Assembly (NCBI GenBank): GCA_023415035.1
Contig: JAEZLX010000008.1
Coordinates: forward strand, 11,277-75,276
Reading direction: 5' to 3'
Length of the DNA: 64,000 nucleotides
Source of the DNA: Pseudomonadota bacterium
Lineage (GTDB): Bacteria > Pseudomonadota > Gammaproteobacteria > Burkholderiales > Burkholderiaceae_C
A program made the translations under genes and the position numbers. Below, piece after piece: positions 10,302 through 20,544 of the stretch. How positions within the stretch are numbered: the stretch's first letter is position 1; every line of letters starts with the position of its first letter. The notes below the pieces were generated by a model, which saw only the letters and a list, made by a program, of their open reading frames with translations, was not told the DNA's origin and did not search any database.

Positions 10302-12616
10302 CGGGTGCCCCCCTTGCGGTCCACGTTGATCAGGATCTGCTCCGCGATGGACGGTGGCATGGGGCCGACGCCGGTACCCGTGATGTTGCAGGAGGGCACA
10401 TTCTCCGCCTCAGCCCTCACCGCCAGGAGATTGGCGCGCGCATCGTCCACCCGGTCCTGGGCTGGCACCAACTGCAGCTTCAGAGCGTCGATCTCGCGCT
10501 GCAGCTTGCCCGGGCGCAGGAAGAGACTGTCGTCATGAGGGCGGTTCCAGCCATTGGTGTCTCCCGCTCCTCCCATCAGCACAGCCATCGCCGACAGCAC
10601 ATCGTTACGAACGTTGTAGATAGGGTGTGAGCCATCGTCGTCCAAGCCGGAGTTCGGATTGATCTCGGTTGTGGTAGCGCAGCTAGCCGCCGAACATGCC
10701 CAGAAATAAACACCACCGGGGCTCATCTGGTGCAGGTATATACCGTTGGCGAACATGTTGTTCCGAGCGGTCTGGTAGCTGTTCACCGCCGTGTTCCTGT
10801 TGATCAGTGCCGCGTCGCGTGCAGCGATCGCCGCCGGCAAGCCGGCAACAGCCGCCGCATACTCGGCCGCAGCCGTGTCTCGCTCCTGTTGGAGGAGATC
10901 ATCCGGGCTGGTGGTCGCCAGCAGCAGCCGATCCGCTTCCTTTTGGCCACGCTCCTGCATCAGCGCGACACGCTGATCCTCCAGGGCAGCTTTTGTGACA
11001 GGGTTGGTTTCGTTGGCAATCTGCGTGTTCAGCGCCTCAATCTGCGTGTTCAGCGCCGCGATTTCGTCGATGCGCTGTGCGAGCAGGGTGGACCGGTTGG
11101 CCAGCATGTTCTCGTACTTGTTCAGGGTGATCAGCCAGTTGTCCCGAGCGTCTTGCAGAGCTTCGGCCTCGGCCTGAGCTGCCTGGTAGTTGCGGTCAGC
11201 GGTCTCCCACGCAGCAGCCGCGTTCAGCAGGGCAGTGACGTAACCATCGCGCTCCGACCAGATGCCACCATCCCGCATCTGGGTATACAGGTTGTTGGTG
11301 GCGTTGGTGCGCTGTACGATCGCGAGGGCACGCTCGGTCTCCTTCTGCGCAATGGCATCTTCCAGAGCCTCCAGAGCATTCTCGGCATCCGTGACTTCCT
11401 GTTCGGCCGCCGCCACCAGCGCACCCACATCGGGCACCGGACCACAGTCCAGATCACTGGCGTCGATCTCGTTGTTGGCCAGCACCAGTGCTTCCCCGGC
11501 GATGATCGCTGCCGCCACATTGGCGGCAATCGATGCGATGTTGGCCGCAATCACGCCCCCCGTCAGCGCAATGGCTGCCGTGTGCTGGGGCGCCGCTGCG
11601 CAGGCGTTCACGGCCAGGCCCAGCGTGGCCGCACACAGCGCCCATTCCACCGCGGCATTGCCGGCGTCAGACACGCCTTCGATCACGGCTGATGCGGTCT
11701 CGACCGCCGTGATCGCCGCACCGAGGGCCGCAAACGCCACCGCCTGCTCAGCCGACTCGATGTTGTCCTCGCGCATCTCGGCCACCTGCTCCGCCACATC
11801 GAGGGCGAGCGCCACGGTGTTGATGGAGTCGATCAGCGGCTGGCACTGGTAGGCCTGGCGCAGGCTCAGGAAAGTGCGCTCGAGCACGAGGTCGTCGTAT
11901 TCGGCCAGCGCGTGGCTTCGATCGGGGTTGGCGACCACCGGATCCGCTCCAGCGTTCTCGCCATCGAACAGCGAACCATCGCCATCGGCGTCCAGCAGGC
12001 CCGGGTGGACGAGCGCATAGGCCACGGGCCTTGGTGGCGCCGAGTTGACCCGCGCCATGCCGGCCGTGTCCGTCGCCTGACTGGCGTTGTCCACACGCTG
12101 ACAGAAATCGGGCAGCGTGAGAATGGCACCCGGGATGTCCTGTGGGTAGGGCGGCGCTTCCAGCATAGACTGGAAACCGTCATCATCGTCGTAGCTCAGC
12201 GGGCGCCAGCTGTCGCTGAGCACCGTCAGGTCAAGCTCGGCATTGCCGCCACCGCGCTGCACCAGATACCGCAGCTGGGCGATGCCGACCCCCGCGTCCG
12301 CGCCCGCCAGCCGTAGCGTGACAGTAGGCAGCCACCCTTTCTGGGCACTGCTGCCGCAGTCTTCAATACCATCGCGGTCCACATCCGGGCAGGGCAGGCG
12401 CCGAGCCACGGTGGCAAAAGTCAGCAGGGCCGCATCGGCCTGTGACAGGCTCTGGCGCTCCTGCCGCACGGTCTGCACCGCCGAGCGCTCACGCCACTCG
12501 AGAAAACCCACCAGCGTCAGTCCGCCCATCGCGGCAATGAACAACAGCACCTCCAGCAGCGTGAGACCGCGCACGCGGCGCACACCCCAGGGCCAGCGTT
12601 GACGACCTCCCCTCAT
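10298..12616 (-). CDS. Very large (772 aa) prepilin-like protein (group B) with hydrophobic segment and long coiled coil
   Basis: VRG/LTLLE; RLPCPD; DADGDG; long heptad-rich region. Confidence 0.8.
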   Translation of the reverse strand: MRGGRQRWPWGVRRVRGLTLLEVLLFIAAMGGLTLVGFLEWRERSAVQTVRQERQSLSQADAALLTFATVARRLPCPDVDRDGIEDCGSSAQKGWLPTVTLRLAGADAGVGIAQLRYLVQRGGGNAELDLTVLSDSWRPLSYDDDDGFQSMLEAPPYPQDIPGAILTLPDFCQRVDNASQATDTAGMARVNSAPPRPVAYALVHPGLLDADGDGSLFDGENAGADPVVANPDRSHALAEYDDLVLERTFLSLRQAYQCQPLIDSINTVALALDVAEQVAEMREDNIESAEQAVAFAALGAAITAVETASAVIEGVSDAGNAAVEWALCAATLGLAVNACAAAPQHTAAIALTGGVIAANIASIAANVAAAIIAGEALVLANNEIDASDLDCGPVPDVGALVAAAEQEVTDAENALEALEDAIAQKETERALAIVQRTNATNNLYTQMRDGGIWSERDGYVTALLNAAAAWETADRNYQAAQAEAEALQDARDNWLITLNKYENMLANRSTLLAQRIDEIAALNTQIEALNTQIANETNPVTKAALEDQRVALMQERGQKEADRLLLATTSPDDLLQQERDTAAAEYAAAVAGLPAAIAARDAALINRNTAVNSYQTARNNMFANGIYLHQMSPGGVYFWACSAASCATTTEINPNSGLDDDGSHPIYNVRNDVLSAMAVLMGGAGDTNGWNRPHDDSLFLRPGKLQREIDALKLQLVPAQDRVDDARANLLAVRAEAENVPSCNITGTGVGPMPPSIAEQILINVDRKGGTR

Positions 12617-13899
12617 CCCACCCCCAGTGTTTGACTGACCGACTGGCGCACCAGGTCGTAGATCGGCAGCAGAAGCGCGACGATCAGGAAAATGAACAGG
12701 CCACCTGCCACGATGATCAAGGCCGGCTTGATGATTTCACCCAGCGACTTCACGACCACATCCAGCCGCTTGCGGTATTCGACCGCGAGCCGGTCCAGCT
12801 GTTTGTCGAGCGAGCCCGACTCCTCGCCCACGGCGATCATGCGCACGGCCATGGCCGGGAACCCGCCCACCCGCCGCATCGCCGCACCGATGCCCTCGCC
12901 ACGTGCCACGCCATCGCGCACTTTCTGCAGACGCGCGCGGTAGTACTGGTTGGTGGTGGCACGCGAGAGCACGTCCAGGCTCATCATGAAATCCAGACCG
13001 GCACGCACCAGCAGCGACAGGTGCTCGCTGATGAATGCCATCCCGGACGCTGTGGACAAGGTGCGCAGGATGGGCAAACGGTGGGCCACCTCGTGACAGA
13101 GCTGGCGAAAACCCGTCACCGATCTGTACATCCAGGCCAGCAGCACGACCAGCAGGACCAGCGACAGCACCACCATGCCCAGGTACTGCACAAGCACGTC
13201 GGACGTCTCGATCAGCCACACCGTGAGCGCGGGCAGCTTGGCCCCCATCTGCTTGAACAGCTGTGCCAGGTTGGGCACCACGTAGTACAGCCAGAAGAAT
13301 CCCACCCCGAGAATGGAGGCGAACACCAGTGCGGGATAGATCATGGCCGTGCGGATGTCGCGGCGAATGTCGATCAGCCGCTCGACGTGAGCCGCCGACT
13401 CCAGCAACATGCGGGGCAGCGCGCCAGACTCGTCACCGATCTCGGCCAGATTGCGCACCGTCTCCGGAAACACGTCGGGATGGCGTGCGAACGACTGGGG
13501 CACGCGCATGCCGGCAGCCATGTCCGCGCGCACACGACGCGCGATGTCGGCCACGCTGCCGTTGCCCGAGGCGTCCTCGACCAGCGTCTGCAGCGCCTCC
13601 ATCATCGGCACGCCGGCATCGAGCATGATGCCCATGTCGCGCAGGAAGCCGGCCAGATCCTCGGCACGCACAGGCGCGCGCAGCCAGCGCCCCAGGCCTG
13701 CCAGCCATGACAGCCAAGCCGGCAGCCGGACCAGTGTGAGCACCGTCCCCTCGGTCTGCTGCTCCAGACGCAGACGCACCGAATGGTCGCGTTCGACCAG
13801 CAGGCGCATGAATCCCCGCTTGACCTCGCCATGCGGCAGCAGCACGCGGTAGAAGAAGGCACGCATGCGGGCCGGGGAGTGGATGGCGTCCGTATCCAT
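12613..13899 (-). CDS. GspF/PilC/MshG inner-membrane platform protein
   Basis: Two T2SSF repeats (LDAGVPMMEAL..GDESGAL; AVGEESGSLD), AMIYP, LLLPIY; start set at ATG 13899. Confidence 0.92.
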   Translation of the reverse strand: MDTDAIHSPARMRAFFYRVLLPHGEVKRGFMRLLVERDHSVRLRLEQQTEGTVLTLVRLPAWLSWLAGLGRWLRAPVRAEDLAGFLRDMGIMLDAGVPMMEALQTLVEDASGNGSVADIARRVRADMAAGMRVPQSFARHPDVFPETVRNLAEIGDESGALPRMLLESAAHVERLIDIRRDIRTAMIYPALVFASILGVGFFWLYYVVPNLAQLFKQMGAKLPALTVWLIETSDVLVQYLGMVVLSLVLLVVLLAWMYRSVTGFRQLCHEVAHRLPILRTLSTASGMAFISEHLSLLVRAGLDFMMSLDVLSRATTNQYYRARLQKVRDGVARGEGIGAAMRRVGGFPAMAVRMIAVGEESGSLDKQLDRLAVEYRKRLDVVVKSLGEIIKPALIIVAGGLFIFLIVALLLPIYDLVRQSVSQTLGVG

Positions 13900-13901
13900 G
13901 C

Positions 13902-15578
13902 TCAATCCAGCCCCACGGCACGCCGGATTTCTTCGAAGGTGGTCTCGCCCCGCCGCACACGCAGCCGCGCCAGCTGGGCCATGGGCCTGAGACCACCGGC
14001 CTCGGCCAGCTCGCGCAAGCGCGCGCGCGGCACCTCGGCCACGATGGCATCGGCCAGCTCCTGGCGCACCGTCAGGATCTCGTAGACCGGCAACCGTCCC
14101 CGGTATCCAGTACCACGGCAATGGGCGCAACCGGCCCCGTGCCAGAGCGTGTCGACGTCCTCGCCCAGCCACGCGCGTTCCTCGGCCGTGGCCGGACGCT
14201 CCGTGCGGCAGTGCGGGCAGATGCAGCGCACCAGACGCTGGTTGATCACCGCGACCAGGTTCTCGGCCACCGTTTCGGCATCCACACCCAGCAGCCGCAG
14301 ACGCGGCACGACGCCAAAAATGCCGCCCACGTGCAGCGTGGACAACACCAGGTGGCCCGTGGACGAAGCGTCAAGCGCGGCACGCGCCGTCTCCGGGTCG
14401 CGCACCTCGCCCACCAGAATGATGTCCGGGTCGTGGCGCAGGAAGTGGCGCATCGCATGCGCGAAGTCGTAGCCGGCGCGACGGTTGACCTCGGTCTGGC
14501 AGGCCACCGGGACGCGGTACTCCACCGGATCCTCGACCGTCAGCACGTTGCGCTCCACGAGCGGCTGCATGCGCAGTGCCGCGTGCAGCGTCGTGCTCTT
14601 GCCCGAGCCGGTCGGGCCCGTGATGAGGATCAGGCCGTGGGGACGCGAGAACGACTGCTCCATGCGCGCCACGTCCTCGTCCAGGAAACCCAGGTCCTGC
14701 AGTCGGTCCAGCGCGCTGCGCTCGGGCAGCAGACGCAGCGCAACGCGCTCGCCGTATTCGGAGATCATGGTCGAGACGCGGATGGTGTAGGCCACCTCCA
14801 TCAGCGCGATCGAGAAGCTGCCGTCCTGCGGCAGGCGCTGCTCGCTCGCATCCATCTCGGCCTTGAGCTTGATGAAGGCCACCAGCCGGTCCAGCGAAGG
14901 CGGCATGGCGAAGATCGGCTGCAACACGCCGTCCACGCGCATGAGCACCGTGCGGCTGTCCGCAGTGGGTGCAATGTGCACGTCGGTGGCACGCTCGCGC
15001 ACGGCCATGTGCAGCACCAGCTCCAGCAGGCGCGCGGGGCTGTAGGCGTGGTCGCGGTCATCGCCCAGACGCCGGACCTCGGTCTGGATCAGCTTCTCGA
15101 CCGGGTTTTCCTGGAAGTAGTAGTGCTGATGGATCGCGTCGACCACCGCGAAGAAATCACCCTGCCAGAACAGCACCTCCTGTCCCACGCGGCGCTGCAC
15201 GACGGCCGCCACGGCTTCGGGCTCCGCGTCACCGAGCAGCACGCGAATCCTGTCACCTTCACGTCGCACCGGCAGGAAGTTGTGGCTCAGGCACAGGCTG
15301 CGGTTGAAGGCCCCCGCCACGTCCGGATCGACATCGACATCCTGCATGTCGCGGAACTCGATGCCGCGCTGGACGGACAGCTGGCGCGCCAGGTCCTTGG
15401 CGCTGACAAAACCCAGATCCACCAGCATCCGGCCGAGCTTGCGTCCTTCGACCGCCTGCTTCTGGCGGACATAGTCAATCACCACCTGCGACACCAGGCC
15501 GCTGGACACCAGCATCCCGCTCAGGCTGGGGCGGTCCGTCGAAAGCGGCGGCACGGCACTCCCGGCTTCAATGCGCAT
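13902..15578 (-). CDS. GspE/PilB/MshE extension ATPase
   Basis: GPTGSGKSTT, TVEDPVEY, LRHDPDIILVGEVRD, TGHLVLSTLH and two CxxC motifs; N-terminal MshEN-like RKLGRMLVDLG. Confidence 0.95.
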   Translation of the reverse strand: MRIEAGSAVPPLSTDRPSLSGMLVSSGLVSQVVIDYVRQKQAVEGRKLGRMLVDLGFVSAKDLARQLSVQRGIEFRDMQDVDVDPDVAGAFNRSLCLSHNFLPVRREGDRIRVLLGDAEPEAVAAVVQRRVGQEVLFWQGDFFAVVDAIHQHYYFQENPVEKLIQTEVRRLGDDRDHAYSPARLLELVLHMAVRERATDVHIAPTADSRTVLMRVDGVLQPIFAMPPSLDRLVAFIKLKAEMDASEQRLPQDGSFSIALMEVAYTIRVSTMISEYGERVALRLLPERSALDRLQDLGFLDEDVARMEQSFSRPHGLILITGPTGSGKSTTLHAALRMQPLVERNVLTVEDPVEYRVPVACQTEVNRRAGYDFAHAMRHFLRHDPDIILVGEVRDPETARAALDASSTGHLVLSTLHVGGIFGVVPRLRLLGVDAETVAENLVAVINQRLVRCICPHCRTERPATAEERAWLGEDVDTLWHGAGCAHCRGTGYRGRLPVYEILTVRQELADAIVAEVPRARLRELAEAGGLRPMAQLARLRVRRGETTFEEIRRAVGLD

Positions 15579-17034
15579 AAAACCTCTCCAACAGCAGGCC
15601 GGTCACGGGATCGGCCTCGCCGGTGGGCTCCAGGCCCACTTCTTCCTGAAACTGCATGAGCGAGCGCCGGCTGCGGGCGCCCCAGATGCCATCGACCTCG
15701 TTCGACGGCAGGCTTCCGTAGCGGGTCAGCGCGATCTGGAAACGGGCGGCCACGACACGCTCTTCCAGCGCATGTCCCGACGCTGGACCCTGCCAGCTGA
15801 CCCAAGTCTTTTCGTCCCGCTGCTCCACGCACACATCGTCCAGGCGCTCCAGGCGGGCGCCGAACAACTCGTAGGTCTTGTCGGGCAATGGCTGGCTGAT
15901 GACCGGTGACTCCGCTTCGCGTGACAAACGGTCGTCGCAAGACGCCGGCGCCTGTGGCGCAGGGGGCTCGGTGTCGGCAACCGGCGCCGGATCGCTTTCC
16001 ACAGCCGCGCTGGCCACGGGCTCGCTCGACACGGACGCCACGGCATGCGCCTGTGCCGGGGCCAGCGCAGTCAGGCGGTCGCCCCAGTACATCCATGCAC
16101 CAATGGCCAGCGCCAAGCCCCCCACAACGGCCGCATAGGCGGGACGCCTGGGTTTGACCACCGGCGCCGGCTCAGCCTCGGTCATTGGCGCCGGGGCCAC
16201 CGGCCCGCCCAGGCTCACCCGGCTGTCCTCGATGGCTTCCTGCATCAGTGCCGCATCGATCACCCGGCCCCGCCGCGCCGCCAGCCCATACAGGCAGCGG
16301 TCCATGATGAGGTGAATATGCCGGGGCACGCCCTGTGTTTCCCGCCACAGCATCTGGCAGGCTTCGGTGCTCAGCTTCAGATTGCCATCACTGCCCGCCG
16401 ATTCCAGCCGGAAACGGACATAGTCGGCCATCTCGGTGCTGTGCAGCCCATGCAGCCGGGCGTGCTTGACCAGACGGCTGCGCAATTGGCGCATGCTGTG
16501 CTGGGCCAGACTGGTTTCCAGCTCGGGCTGGCCCGCCAGCAGGATCTGCAGCAGCTTTTCCTGGTCAGTCTCGAGATTGCACAGCAACCTCATCAGTTCC
16601 AGCGAACTATCGGACAGGTTCTGCGCATCGTCGATGACCAGCAGGCAGGTGCGGCCCGCGCGGTGGTTGTCGAGCAGAAAATGGTTGAGCGTATTGATGT
16701 CGGAGGCCAGCGACCCGGTGCTCTCCAGCCCGAAGTCGTGCAGCACCGCCTCCAGCAACTCAGGCCCCTGCAGGAAGGTGTTGAACACCAGCGCGGACAC
16801 CACGTTCCGGTTGCCCAAATCGGCCATGAGGCGACGCACCAGCGTGCTCTTGCCCATGCCGACTTCGGCCGTGAGCAGCAGGATGCCCTTGCGCGCGACG
16901 ACGCAGTGCTCAAGTTCCACCAGCTGCTCTTCCAGGTGCGGCGTGGAGAAATAGCAGCCGGCGTCAGGCGTGTACGGAAACGGGTTGCGCACCAGGCCAA
17001 GCGTCGCCAGATGCGCGTTGCGCGCATCGTTCAT
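15568..17034 (-). CDS. ExeA/MshM-like AAA ATPase with C-terminal peptidoglycan-binding domain
   Basis: NPFPYTPD, EVGMGKST, LVIDDAQNL, LAGQPEL, TM segment, DGIWGARSRRSLMQFQ. Confidence 0.9.
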   Translation of the reverse strand: MNDARNAHLATLGLVRNPFPYTPDAGCYFSTPHLEEQLVELEHCVVARKGILLLTAEVGMGKSTLVRRLMADLGNRNVVSALVFNTFLQGPELLEAVLHDFGLESTGSLASDINTLNHFLLDNHRAGRTCLLVIDDAQNLSDSSLELMRLLCNLETDQEKLLQILLAGQPELETSLAQHSMRQLRSRLVKHARLHGLHSTEMADYVRFRLESAGSDGNLKLSTEACQMLWRETQGVPRHIHLIMDRCLYGLAARRGRVIDAALMQEAIEDSRVSLGGPVAPAPMTEAEPAPVVKPRRPAYAAVVGGLALAIGAWMYWGDRLTALAPAQAHAVASVSSEPVASAAVESDPAPVADTEPPAPQAPASCDDRLSREAESPVISQPLPDKTYELFGARLERLDDVCVEQRDEKTWVSWQGPASGHALEERVVAARFQIALTRYGSLPSNEVDGIWGARSRRSLMQFQEEVGLEPTGEADPVTGLLLERFYAH

Positions 17035-18038
17035 CGGGCCACCCCACTCTGGTTCAGACGCTCCACTGCCGCGCGCAGGGCCACGGAGTCCGGGTTGTGG
17101 CGCAGCGAGCGCTCCAGCACGACCCTGGCCCGCTCCGGATGCTGCAACCGATGCTCGATGGTCACCAGATTCAGGGTGGCGTTTTCATCGCCCGGCAACT
17201 TGTCCAGCAGGCCCAGATAGGTCTCCCGCGCGCGGTCGAGGTCGCCCGTCTGCTGGGCAAACCAGGCCTCGGCGCGCCAGCGCGCCAGCGAGGTGGGCGG
17301 CAGGTTCGCCTGGATCGTGTCCAGATGGGTCCGTGCCTGCCCGTGGTCCTGTTCGGCCAGCGCACGATTGAAGCGGTCGAAGACAACGGCCATGTTCTCG
17401 GCAGGTTCCGTGCTGACCGGTTTGACCACGGGTGCCGGTTGCACCGGCCTGGGGGCCGCGGCCGTTTCTGTCCGGACGGGCTCCGCCTGGACCGGTGTCG
17501 GCTTAGTAATTGGCGGCTGTGCCTGGACACGCCTTTCCGCAGGCGCAGGCAGATCACCGGTGCTGGCCACCGGTTTGGCCACCACCTTCTTGTCCACCGG
17601 GGCCGGAGAGGCTTTTACGGCCACAGTCGCGGCAGAAGATGCGACGACTGGCGCTTCTCGTTCTGTCACGACAGGCACCGGCTTGCGCAAGGCTGTGGGC
17701 AAAGGTGCTTCCACCTGCGACCGTACCACTTCAGACACCGGCTTCGCCACTTCCACCGGTTTCGCTATTTCCTTCGCAGATACGGCAGCAACCGCCACTG
17801 TCGAATCTTGCCGCGGCTTTGACGTCTTCCCCACAGCCAGCCACACGCCAGCCGCCACCAGGCCACCCAACATCATCAGCCACCACCATGCACGGGAGTG
17901 GCTTGGGGCAGGAGCAGACTCGGACGCCGGCGCCGCCGATGCGTGCGCATGGTTGCTCGGCGGCACGGTGCCGGCCGCGACCGGCACGGCGGCGCCATGC
18001 TGCTCCGTCTGCCGGAGTGCCTGGTAGATGAGACTCAT
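17031..18038 (-). CDS. MshN-like membrane-anchored TPR protein
   Basis: MSLIYQALR start, TM segment, Pro/Ala linker, C-terminal TPR-like helices. Confidence 0.65.
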   Translation of the reverse strand: MSLIYQALRQTEQHGAAVPVAAGTVPPSNHAHASAAPASESAPAPSHSRAWWWLMMLGGLVAAGVWLAVGKTSKPRQDSTVAVAAVSAKEIAKPVEVAKPVSEVVRSQVEAPLPTALRKPVPVVTEREAPVVASSAATVAVKASPAPVDKKVVAKPVASTGDLPAPAERRVQAQPPITKPTPVQAEPVRTETAAAPRPVQPAPVVKPVSTEPAENMAVVFDRFNRALAEQDHGQARTHLDTIQANLPPTSLARWRAEAWFAQQTGDLDRARETYLGLLDKLPGDENATLNLVTIEHRLQHPERARVVLERSLRHNPDSVALRAAVERLNQSGVAR

Positions 18039-19774
18039 AGCAGGTGAACGCGCAGCACCACGATCAGCTCACGCGATGCCCGGCTGTCGCCCTCCTGGGA
18101 CACCAGCTTGCCGAGCACCGGCACATCGCCAAAGTACGGCAGGCCGCTGTTGCTGCCGCTGTGCTTCTGGTCGATCAGGCCACCGATGACCACCACATCG
18201 CCGTCGTTGACGTTGAGCGTTGTGGTCAGACCCTTGTAGGCCACCGAAGGCAGCGTGACGCGATTGAACTCGTTCACGTTGACCAGTTCCAGGCTCTTGG
18301 GATCGACGTCGCTTTGCACGGGGTTGATCAACAGCTCGATGCGGCCGTCGTCGCGCATCATCGGCAGCACGCCCACCATCACGCCGGAGAACACGGCGTC
18401 GGTCTGCACCTCGGACGAGGTGGTGGTGGCACCGCCGCCGATGTTGTTCTGTGCCGAGCTCGAGCGCGACACGTAGCGCTGACTCGTCCCCACGGACAGC
18501 ATGGCAGGCGTGCCGTTGCGCACCTGGATGTTGGGGTTGGACAGGATGCGCAGGTTGCCGTACGAGCGCAGGGCGTTGATGACGGTGGAACCGTTCTTGT
18601 CCTGGTAGGCCAGGCCACCGGCTGCCTGGCCGGTGGTCGAACCGATCAGGCGCGAGGGAATGGTCAGCACACTGCGCTCGTAGGCTTTGTTGGCGCCTCG
18701 CAGCGTCCCTTCAAAGCCCTGGAGAAGCAGCGGATCGACACCGAAGTTGACCGCCAGCCGGCTGCGCAGGTGGGTCCAGTCAATGCCGAACTGGTAGCCG
18801 TCGCTGAGCTGGACATCGACCAGTTGCGCCTCGATGTACACCTGCTTGTTCAGCATGTCCTGCGTGCGCTTGAGCAGTCGCTCGACGGCACGCATCTGGG
18901 AAGGACGTGCCTTCACGAACAGCGTCCCGGTCGTGCGGTTGAGCGTGAAGCCATGCTGCTGGTTGGGCTGCAGGGGCTCGGGCGCGCCACGCGTGCCCTC
19001 GGCCCTCGCCAGGCGGTTCTCGCCAAGGATAGCCTTGAGGTTGGCTTCGATCTCGGTGTACGGATCGTTGTTCGTGCCAGCCGTGGCGCTCATCGCCAGA
19101 CTGCCCGAGATGGCCGAGTTGTTGGTGCTGACCTGGTTGGAGCCGAACACGTTGCCACCCGAGTTCAAGGCCAGCTGGGTGCTGATGTTGAGGAAGTCCA
19201 GCGAGAAGAACTTCTCCTCATGCAGCTTGATCCGCATCGTCTGGTTGCGGATCTCCCCGGCCACGTCGAAGTTCTGCAGCACCTCGTTGAAGGCCTCGCG
19301 CATCGAGACATCCTTGAGGACCATGTCGCTGGACGTGTCATGCTGGAGCACGGACGACTCGATGATCAGGTTGAGCTTGGCCGCATCGGCGAAGGCCGCC
19401 AGGATCTGGCTGATGTTGCCCTTCGAGATCGCGAGGTTGATCGTCTTGCCCTCCAGCGGGTCGTACTGGGGCGGAGCGGCTTCCACCGCCTTCGTCGCGG
19501 CGGTGCGGCGCAACTCCTTGAGCAGATGCTCCTGCTGGGCCAGCAGTTTCTGCGATTCCGCCTGCGCCACCTCCCGCATGCGCTTGACCGATTCGACATC
19601 AGGATCGCTCAGGTTCTTGGCACTTTGCGGCGGAGGTGCCACGCATGCCGTGAGCACAGCGGCAGCGCAGACCACTGCTGCGGTCTTTGCCAGTACAGTT
19701 TTGCGAAGGTACAGAGTTGAGAAGTGCATGGCAGTGGATCCAGCAAAGTGGTTGAAAAAGAAACGACGGGTCAT
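18035..19774 (-). CDS. mshL: MshL-type secretin (lipoprotein)
   Basis: LTAC lipobox; QVYIEAQLVDV..GIDW, LSNP, VVIGGLI and GLPYFGDVPVLGKL secretin motifs. Confidence 0.85.
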   Translation of the reverse strand: MTRRFFFNHFAGSTAMHFSTLYLRKTVLAKTAAVVCAAAVLTACVAPPPQSAKNLSDPDVESVKRMREVAQAESQKLLAQQEHLLKELRRTAATKAVEAAPPQYDPLEGKTINLAISKGNISQILAAFADAAKLNLIIESSVLQHDTSSDMVLKDVSMREAFNEVLQNFDVAGEIRNQTMRIKLHEEKFFSLDFLNISTQLALNSGGNVFGSNQVSTNNSAISGSLAMSATAGTNNDPYTEIEANLKAILGENRLARAEGTRGAPEPLQPNQQHGFTLNRTTGTLFVKARPSQMRAVERLLKRTQDMLNKQVYIEAQLVDVQLSDGYQFGIDWTHLRSRLAVNFGVDPLLLQGFEGTLRGANKAYERSVLTIPSRLIGSTTGQAAGGLAYQDKNGSTVINALRSYGNLRILSNPNIQVRNGTPAMLSVGTSQRYVSRSSSAQNNIGGGATTTSSEVQTDAVFSGVMVGVLPMMRDDGRIELLINPVQSDVDPKSLELVNVNEFNRVTLPSVAYKGLTTTLNVNDGDVVVIGGLIDQKHSGSNSGLPYFGDVPVLGKLVSQEGDSRASRELIVVLRVHLL

Positions 19775-20544
19775 GGCATGCTCCTGCGCAGCCAGCCAGC
19801 CAGCTGCAACGGGGATTCCGCGACGACGATGTCATCGGCATTGGCCTGCAACGGTGCAGAAGGACTCGCAGCGCACAGCCCCGTTGTGGAATGGGGGAAA
19901 TCGAACACGTCGCCATCGCCGTCGGCGTCCTGCATCGGCAGGATCAGCCAGTAGGCGACCGTCGCGACATCGCCGGCACCGCAGGCAACAGGCCCGGCAA
20001 TGCCGTCGTCACCGGTCAGATGGGGTTGCTGGTCCAGCCCTGCCTCTTCCGCGAACCAGGCCGCCGCATTGTTCAGCGCCGCCACGAGATCCGTCACATC
20101 CAGGTGATCGACATCACCGGGTTCATCACCCGTGCGTTCCAAGGCCACGGCCAGATCGGCATCGAGCGCGGGATCGGCAACCGCCCGACGAAACACCGCG
20201 TACCTGACCTGCTGCAGCTCCGGCGGCAGATCCAGACCCACGCTCAGGTAGGGGAAGCCGCCCACCTTCGTCGTCACCGGGCACCCGGCGGTCTCATAGC
20301 CATTGCCTGCCGTGTCCGGACAGGGCAGGCGTCCATGACGCATGGCGAAGGCGCGCAGGGCCGTCTGCATCTGCTGTGCCGTCGCCTTCGCCATGGCACG
20401 CTCGCGGTCGCGATCAAAGGTCACATAAGCCGAAAAAGCCGCCCATGACATCAGGCTGGCAATCACCAGCACCATCGTCACCTCGAGCATGGAGAGACCA
20501 TGCTGGAGCTGCTTCGCTGCGACCATACCCACCCGTGGCATCAT
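19771..20544 (-). CDS. Prepilin-like protein (group B, short form without tail)
   Basis: QHG/LSMLE; GRLPCPD..C..GGFPY; DADGDGD. Confidence 0.8.
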   Translation of the reverse strand: MMPRVGMVAAKQLQHGLSMLEVTMVLVIASLMSWAAFSAYVTFDRDRERAMAKATAQQMQTALRAFAMRHGRLPCPDTAGNGYETAGCPVTTKVGGFPYLSVGLDLPPELQQVRYAVFRRAVADPALDADLAVALERTGDEPGDVDHLDVTDLVAALNNAAAWFAEEAGLDQQPHLTGDDGIAGPVACGAGDVATVAYWLILPMQDADGDGDVFDFPHSTTGLCAASPSAPLQANADDIVVAESPLQLAGWLRRSMP

